From Synechococcus sp. (GTDB lineage: Bacteria > Cyanobacteriota > Cyanobacteriia > Thermostichales > PCC-7336): 25,400 nucleotides of DNA. The notes below the pieces were generated by a model that did not search any database, had not been told where the DNA came from, and worked only from the letters and a program-made list of their open reading frames with translations. The DNA lies in NCBI GenBank assembly GCA_051439605.1, contig JBFRWN010000014.1, positions 1 through 25,400 on the forward strand. Direction: 5' to 3'. Of this stretch, positions 19,997 to 25,400 are shown one piece after another (positions within the stretch are counted from its first letter, which is position 1; the number at the start of each line of letters is the position of its first letter). Position numbers and translations under genes: made by a program.

Positions 19997-20002
19997 ATTA
20001 TA
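19997..20002 (-). promoter_or_regulatory. Probable -10 box of the psaAB promoter
   Basis: Perfect TATAAT on the minus strand about 100 nt upstream of the psaA ATG; no consensus -35. Confidence 0.6.
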
Positions 20003-20114
20003 GGCCAGGGTATTTGCACCCCCTCTTGGCTTAACAATAATTAAGCCCGCAACCGCTTGCAATTCAATGTTTTTGCCGGTCCTTATCAGCTATTTGCAGA
20101 GAATATCGCGCAGA

Positions 20115-20132
20115 TATGTAAAGTTTTGAAAC
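20115..20132 (-). promoter_or_regulatory. HLR1-like (RpaB) direct repeat upstream of psaA
   Basis: Minus strand GTTTCAAA-AC-TTTACATA versus consensus (G/T)TTACA(T/A)(T/A)-N2-repeat, one mismatch; RpaB control of PSI genes is established in Synechocystis. Confidence 0.6.
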
Positions 20133-20226
20133 AAGTTTCAGCCTATTTTGATGGGTTGAATAGGTGAGGAATGGCTGGTACGTACGTTACTATTCGCCTT
20201 GTCCGAGCAGTTGTAAAAAGTGTCAT

Positions 20227-20607
20227 TTACTGTTGCTCTAGAAGTTCGATCGGTAGACCGTCTGGGTCGGCGACAAATGCTACTCGATAGTGGTGCGCTC
20301 CGATGCATTGAGGGGTAGGAGGCAGTAAAAGTCTGACTTCCCCCAGCTCGTCAATCGCTGCTTCCAGAGACTCAACTAAAAAAGACAGGTGATAGAAGCC
20401 AACATACTGTTCGTCGGCGAAGGGATCTGGAGGCGGTGCCGGACGGGGAACTTGAATCAGTTCGATGCGGGTGTTTGAGCCAGTCATCCAGCAGGCCAAT
20501 GTCGATCCGGTTGTAAAGCGTTCGCTCACTTCAAGCCCCAAGCGCTCGTAAAAGGCGATCGCCTGAAAAATGTCAGCAGTGCGAATGGACGTGTGATGAA
20601 GCTGCAT
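20227..20607 (-). CDS. VOC/glyoxalase family protein
   Basis: LHHTSIRTADI...AFYERLG, RIELI, FYHLSF, AFVADPDGLPIELLE metal-ligand pattern; ATG 20607. Confidence 0.9.
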   Translation of the reverse strand: MQLHHTSIRTADIFQAIAFYERLGLEVSERFTTGSTLACWMTGSNTRIELIQVPRPAPPPDPFADEQYVGFYHLSFLVESLEAAIDELGEVRLLLPPTPQCIGAHHYRVAFVADPDGLPIELLEQQ

Positions 20608-20677
20608 GGCGGTAACGGGATTTACCTCATATACATATAGGTGCAATCGTTACGGTACGCGCGATCGGGAGTCAAAG

Positions 20678-21565
20678 ATGGCGGGAGTTGAAGTGATAGC
20701 GATCGATCTGGGAGGTACTCATATCAAGGCAGGGCGATTTTCGGATGGCGGAGACTGTTTCGCTTGGGAAAGCGTAGAGACTGCTCAACCGGCAACTCCA
20801 GAGGCTGTGATTCCACAGATGGCGGCGCTAGTGACGAATCTCGACCCCGACCGGGTGACGAAAGCGGTGGGAGTGGGTGTGCCGGGACCCACGGATATAG
20901 CCGGTCGTAAGGCATTAGTGGCCATTAACTTGCAAGGTTGGACCAACGTACCGTTGGCCGATCGCCTAGAAGTACAGGTGAAGCGACCGGTGATATTGGC
21001 CAACGATGCCAATTGTGCGGGTTTGGGGGAAGCTTGGCTGGGGGCAGGGCGCGACAGTCGCTTGTTTATGTTGCTGACATTGGGTACTGGTGTCGGTGGG
21101 GCTGTGGTGATTGACGGTCAGTTGTTTACGGGACCTTACGGTGCCGGTGGTGAATTGGGGCTGATTGCAGTGCATCCTGATGGACCGCAATGTAACAGCG
21201 GCAATCGCGGTTCTTTAGAGCAATACGTTTCGGCGACGGCAATTCGGCGGCGAACAGGAATGGGTGGACATGAGCTGGATCGGCGGGCTCGGGAAGGGGA
21301 TGTGGAGGCGCTTGCGCACTGGCAAGAGATCGGTCGGGATTTAGGGATTGGTCTCAGCAGTCTGATTTATGTGTTGACGCCGGATGCGATCGCCATAGGA
21401 GGCGGGGTGTCAAAATGCGCGGATTTATTTTTACCCGCAGCACAAGCAGAGATAGAGCAACGGGTGTTGCCAACGTCGCGAAAGGGACTCAAGGTTGTGG
21501 CGGCGGAATTGGGAAATCGGGCTGGATGCGTGGGGGCGGCGAAGTTGGCCTTGGACTTGATTTGA
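20678..21565 (+). CDS. ROK-family sugar kinase
   Basis: AIDLGGT, GVGVPGP, ANDANCAGLGE, TLGTGVGG, GELG, CNSGNRGSLE; no N-terminal HTH; GGGAG before ATG 20678. Confidence 0.92.
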   Translation: MAGVEVIAIDLGGTHIKAGRFSDGGDCFAWESVETAQPATPEAVIPQMAALVTNLDPDRVTKAVGVGVPGPTDIAGRKALVAINLQGWTNVPLADRLEVQVKRPVILANDANCAGLGEAWLGAGRDSRLFMLLTLGTGVGGAVVIDGQLFTGPYGAGGELGLIAVHPDGPQCNSGNRGSLEQYVSATAIRRRTGMGGHELDRRAREGDVEALAHWQEIGRDLGIGLSSLIYVLTPDAIAIGGGVSKCADLFLPAAQAEIEQRVLPTSRKGLKVVAAELGNRAGCVGAAKLALDLI

Positions 21566-21586
21566 ATTCGATTGAAGCTGGAATAG

Positions 21587-21624
21587 AGAAAAAGAGATGC
21601 AGCATTGCTTGCTTCTCCTTTTCT
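21587..21624. terminator. Imperfect hairpin between convergent ROK and aminotransferase genes
   Basis: AGAAAAAGAGATGCAGC-ATT-GCTTGCTTCTCCTTTTCT with A-rich and T-rich flanks; stem has bulges. Confidence 0.4.
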
Positions 21625-21757
21625 TGTCTTGGTGGCAACAGTAAAGGGTTGAGTCTGGGCGGAGGCTATAGCGACTGTCAAGTGGCTTAGGACATTTTAG
21701 CTATCCCAATCCATAACGGGGCATAAAGACTTACGTCCTAACTAAAATGTCAAAGAC

Positions 21758-22900
21758 TTATAGGACCTGAGGTAGGGCCTCTAGCAGGCGATCGACGTTT
21801 TCACGGCGGCTGTTATAGCCCATCAGGCCGATGCGCCAAACTTGGCCACCCAGTTCCCCCAAGCCGTTACCCAGCTCGATGTTGTGCTCGTTCAACAGCT
21901 TGAGGAAGACCTCTTTGCCGTTGACCCCTTCAGGGATGCGTACAGTTGTCAGGGTGGGCAGGCGGTATTGGCGATCGACGTGGCATTCCAAACCGAGCTC
22001 CGCTAATCCGTTCCATAAATATTCTGCTGTATCTCGGTGACGTTTCCAGCGGGCAGTCAGCCCCTCTTCTGCAATCAGGCGGAGAGCTTCGCGGATGGCA
22101 TAGGTCATGGAGATGGGAGCGGTGTGGTGGTAGGTGCGATCGTTGCCCCAGTACTTGCTCACCAGCGCCATATCCAAATACCAATTGGGTACTTTGCTCT
22201 TGCGATTGTTCAACTTCTCGACAGCACGGGGCCCCATGGTAAACGGGGAAATTCCAGGAGGACAGCTGAGGCACTTTTGACTGCAGCTGTAGGCCATGTC
22301 TACCGCCCAGTCGTCCAAGAAGATGGGAATACCAGCCAGGCTGGTGACGGTGTCGGCCAGGAGGAGGCTGTCATATTTGCGGCACAATTCGCCAATACCG
22401 TCGAGGGGCTGGCGGGCACCGGTAGAGGTTTCGGCATGGACGAGAGCCAGGATGGCGGGTCGGTGTTCTTCGAGAGCTGTACGAATTTCATCCAGCGTGA
22501 AGACTTCACCCCAAGGGCGGTTGATAGTCCGCACGGCAGCACCGTAGCGCTCCGCCATATCCACCAAGCGATGGCCGAAATAACCGTTCACACCAACGAG
22601 CACAACATCGCCAGGTTCGATGGTGTTGGCCAAGGTTGCTTCCATAGCTGCACTGCCGGTGCCGCTAACCGGAATCGTGAGCTGATTGTCTGTTTGCCAG
22701 ATGTAGCGCAATAAAGACTGAACTTCACCCATGCGATCCAAGAATTCCGGGTCGAGATGGCTCACCTGACGGGTGGTCATGGCGTTGAGGACTACTGGAT
22801 CTGCGTTGGATGGCCCCGGTCCCAACAGCAGCCGTTCGGGCATTTTGAGCGGGTCGAGGGACAGGCGATGGCGATCGCTTACAGCTACGGTTGCAGTCAT
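21758..22900 (-). CDS. Alanine-glyoxylate / serine-pyruvate aminotransferase (class V PLP)
   Basis: LLLGPGPSN, SGTGSAAME, NGYFG, VHAETSTG, PLP-lysine SCSQKCL, YHHTAP, WRIGLMG. Confidence 0.95.
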   Translation of the reverse strand: MTATVAVSDRHRLSLDPLKMPERLLLGPGPSNADPVVLNAMTTRQVSHLDPEFLDRMGEVQSLLRYIWQTDNQLTIPVSGTGSAAMEATLANTIEPGDVVLVGVNGYFGHRLVDMAERYGAAVRTINRPWGEVFTLDEIRTALEEHRPAILALVHAETSTGARQPLDGIGELCRKYDSLLLADTVTSLAGIPIFLDDWAVDMAYSCSQKCLSCPPGISPFTMGPRAVEKLNNRKSKVPNWYLDMALVSKYWGNDRTYHHTAPISMTYAIREALRLIAEEGLTARWKRHRDTAEYLWNGLAELGLECHVDRQYRLPTLTTVRIPEGVNGKEVFLKLLNEHNIELGNGLGELGGQVWRIGLMGYNSRRENVDRLLEALPQVL

Positions 22901-23237
22901 GAACAAATGGGAATAAACATTGTGGGGCTTGGGGTTGAACCCGAAGATGAATTATCCCATACTCAGGGGATTCAAACGGAGTTTTGTAACATTCGATGCA
23001 GTTTGGGGAATCGTCAAACCTTTTTGCTGACGGTACCAGCGTGTTTTTGTCCTTGGCCCTTCGTCTTCTCTTGTCAACACTTTAGATATCAACTCGCAAG
23101 TTTGAGGTCGAGGAGAGTTGATCGGGGGTAAACGGCTCGAAGTCTCCCAGCCATTTATGGCCGGGGGGGGGTGAGACTTTCCCCCCAAAACGCTCGCTAG
23201 CCCGATGGAGAGCGTACCACCTCGGAACTGTATGGTT

Positions 23238-23588
23238 CTAGAGCTCCACCCAGACGCTGCCCTCTTCAACCTTGGTGGGATAGGTGGGGAGTGCCTTTTG
23301 CTCTGACATCTGCCCCATCAATTTGCCGACTACAGGTGGGAAGGGCGTCCAGTCTTTGACTTGACCTGTTTTTAGATCGAAAGCGCTACGGTGGAAGGGG
23401 CAGACAATCGCCCCATCGTCGGTGACCTTGCCCCGCTTCATGGATAGTTTCATATGGGGACAACGGGTTCCCACCGCATAAACATCCCCTTGAAAATTCA
23501 CCATCAAAACTTTGCCACTGTCGGTTTTGACAACCTTGCGAGCCCCTTCAGCTAGCTCGCCCTCGGAAAGAACTTTTACCCAACTCAT
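23238..23588 (-). CDS. Rieske [2Fe-2S] ferredoxin
   Basis: CPH...CPFH ligand boxes, SAFDLKTG, YPTKVEEGSVWV; ATG 23588. Confidence 0.92.
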   Translation of the reverse strand: MSWVKVLSEGELAEGARKVVKTDSGKVLMVNFQGDVYAVGTRCPHMKLSMKRGKVTDDGAIVCPFHRSAFDLKTGQVKDWTPFPPVVGKLMGQMSEQKALPTYPTKVEEGSVWVEL

Positions 23589-23702
23589 TGTTAAACTCTG
23601 GTATTGAATCAACGGCAATCTGCAACCCCTTCATTGTGCGGCAGAACACTGTGATTGTGCGATATTGTCGAATTTCTTGCACATGTGGGCTGGGTGCTAG
23701 GG

Positions 23703-24269
23703 CTACGATGTCTGGGACTTTTCAGGCTTCCAACTGTAGAATGTCAAGCCGGTGTGTCCGTATTCTCTGCGATCGCAAGCATGTAGTTTGCCAATGTCTT
23801 CCGGCAATGTTTGTTGGGCAGCATGCTCGGCTACGAGTTCTCCATCCGCTGCTAGCAGTTCTAATTTTTCCACGATTGAGATAATTGGCACATAAAGCTC
23901 GCTGGCATAGGGGGGATCGAAATAGATGCAGTCGAAGGCTTGGTTCTTCCCCAGCCTTTCCAGAACCCGTCGCACATCTCCTTTCAAGATCTTGACGTGT
24001 TGCCCTCTGCCTGCAAGTTGCTGCCAGTTGCGCTGGACGACTCTACATGCCAACGACGATCGCTCGATCCCTACCACCTCAGTAGCCCCCCGGCACAGGG
24101 CTTCTGCCCCCATTGCCCCCACTCCAGCGCACAAGTCCAGCCAGCGGCAGCCTTCGATTCGATCTCGCCATATGTTGAACATCGCCTCCCGTACCCGGCT
24201 GGATGTGGGGCGGGTGTCTTGTCCTGATAAGGTTTTGAGAGGGCGGTTGCCGTAAACTCGGATACTCAT
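23703..24269 (-). CDS. rsmD: 16S rRNA (guanine966-N2)-methyltransferase
   Basis: TRPTSSRVREAMFNI, LDLCAGVGAMGAEALCRGA, FDPPY, REYG. Confidence 0.95.
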   Translation of the reverse strand: MSIRVYGNRPLKTLSGQDTRPTSSRVREAMFNIWRDRIEGCRWLDLCAGVGAMGAEALCRGATEVVGIERSSLACRVVQRNWQQLAGRGQHVKILKGDVRRVLERLGKNQAFDCIYFDPPYASELYVPIISIVEKLELLAADGELVAEHAAQQTLPEDIGKLHACDRREYGHTGLTFYSWKPEKSQTS

Positions 24270-24412
24270 GGACTAGCTGCAACAAGTAGTTTCAGCTTAT
24301 CTACTAGTGACCGCGTATTGATAGCTGTCGATATCGCACGAAGTGCGCGAGTCAGCTTTGTGCTGACAGCGCATTCTCCTTGTATTTCCCACCACCTCTT
24401 TTCCTTTGCAGC

Positions 24413-25132
24413 ATGACGGATTTTTTCAGTTGGTTGACCCCCTCACACTGGACCGTAATGGCTATGATGCTGGGGTTTGCCACGGCGCACAGCGGTCTGG
24501 CGGCATTACGTCCGCGCGGAGAACGGTTGATTGGGGCGCGGGCCTATCGCGTCTTATTTGCTCTAGTTAGTATTCCCTTTGCCACAATCCTGATTGTTTA
24601 TTTCTTCAATCATCGTTACGACGGCGCGCAGATTTGGATGGTGCAGGGTCTGCCTGGTATCCGGGAATTTGTCTGGATTGCTTCGGCTATTTCCTTTGTG
24701 TTTCTCTACCCCTCCACTTTCAATCTGTTGGAGATTGCTGCCGTTAAAAAACCCGAGGTGCATCTCTACGAAAGTGGCATTATCCGCATCACCCGCCATC
24801 CGCAGATGGTGGGGCAAGTGATTTGGTGTATTGCCCATACGTTGTGGATCGGGACCACGTTTAGCATGGTTACCTCCATCGGGTTAGTGGCCCATCATCT
24901 GTTTGCGGTGTGGCATGGCGATCGCCGTCTAGAATCCCGCTATGGGGATGTATTTTTGAAGGTCAAAGACCGCACCTCGGTAGTCCCGTTTTTGGCGATT
25001 GTACAGGGGCGGCAAACGCTGAAGCTAGGAGAATTTCTCAAACCCGCCTATGCAGGTATTGCCCTGTTTGTTGGGTTGCTGTGGTGGGGCCATCCCTGGC
25101 TGATGGAAGTCACGGCAAAACTGCCACTTTAA
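24413..25132 (+). CDS. NnrU-family membrane protein, probable 15-cis-zeta-carotene isomerase (Z-ISO)
   Basis: AHSGLAALR, RAYRVLFA, HRYDG, YPSTFNLLEIAAV, GIIRITRHPQMVGQVIWCIAH, HHLFAVWHGDRRL, RTSVVPF match plant/cyanobacterial Z-ISO; ATG 24413. Confidence 0.88.
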   Translation: MTDFFSWLTPSHWTVMAMMLGFATAHSGLAALRPRGERLIGARAYRVLFALVSIPFATILIVYFFNHRYDGAQIWMVQGLPGIREFVWIASAISFVFLYPSTFNLLEIAAVKKPEVHLYESGIIRITRHPQMVGQVIWCIAHTLWIGTTFSMVTSIGLVAHHLFAVWHGDRRLESRYGDVFLKVKDRTSVVPFLAIVQGRQTLKLGEFLKPAYAGIALFVGLLWWGHPWLMEVTAKLPL

Positions 25133-25400
25133 AGGACGGACTTACAAGCCATCGTGCGACACCGAGTGAAACTAGATATTTCGATGGCTGATTCCCTAAC
25201 GGGTTGCGGTGTTCTGAGGCTCGGGGATCGAGAGCCGATTGCGTTTCAAACGTTACTCGCCTAGCGAACAAAGCTAGTTCTAACGGTTTCTGTGGTAGCG
25301 GCGTATATTGAAGCACTAATGAATGTTTGATAGATCGTAGCTTGTCCCCAACTGGTCAACCAGAATGGCTTCAGCTCAACGAGGCGACAAGAGTATCTGT

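Noticed and set aside
22901..23237. Glycine riboswitch upstream of the aminotransferase
   Set aside because: The minus strand lacks the GGAGA...CCGAAG...CTCTCAGG aptamer pattern.
1..25400. CRISPR array, defence system, prophage or biosynthetic cluster
   Set aside because: No repeat-spacer array, cas, nuclease, phage or NRPS/PKS/RiPP signatures seen.

Overview
Cyanobacterial chromosomal segment (psaA-psaB present, HIP1 octamer GCGATCGC frequent; the divergent PsaA/PsaB suggest an early-branching Synechococcus-like lineage, which is a guess). Bases 1-6650 hold tRNA-Gly(CCC) followed by what looks like an old, integrase-less islet: phased arm-like repeats, a large MscS channel, a DUF1400 alpha/beta hydrolase, an IS5-family element with 17-bp inverted repeats, and a possible degenerate copy of the tRNA 3' end at the far boundary. 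The rest is core genome: membrane GTPase, DCC thiol-disulfide oxidoreductase, menD, menF, pdxJ, HDAC-family deacetylase, gun4, psaB, psaA, VOC protein, ROK kinase, alanine/serine-glyoxylate aminotransferase, Rieske ferredoxin, rsmD and a Z-ISO/NnrU protein. I see no clear-cut new multi-gene system. The best leads are: loss of the pseudo-symmetric conserved His in both PsaA (RH>RI) and PsaB (HK>SK); a PdxJ of non-cyanobacterial type; a core-only Gun4 directly behind psaB within a neighbourhood of PSI-cofactor genes; and two unexplained structured non-coding stretches (4957-5109 and 23124-23186). Comparisons with reference proteins are from memory and need alignment.
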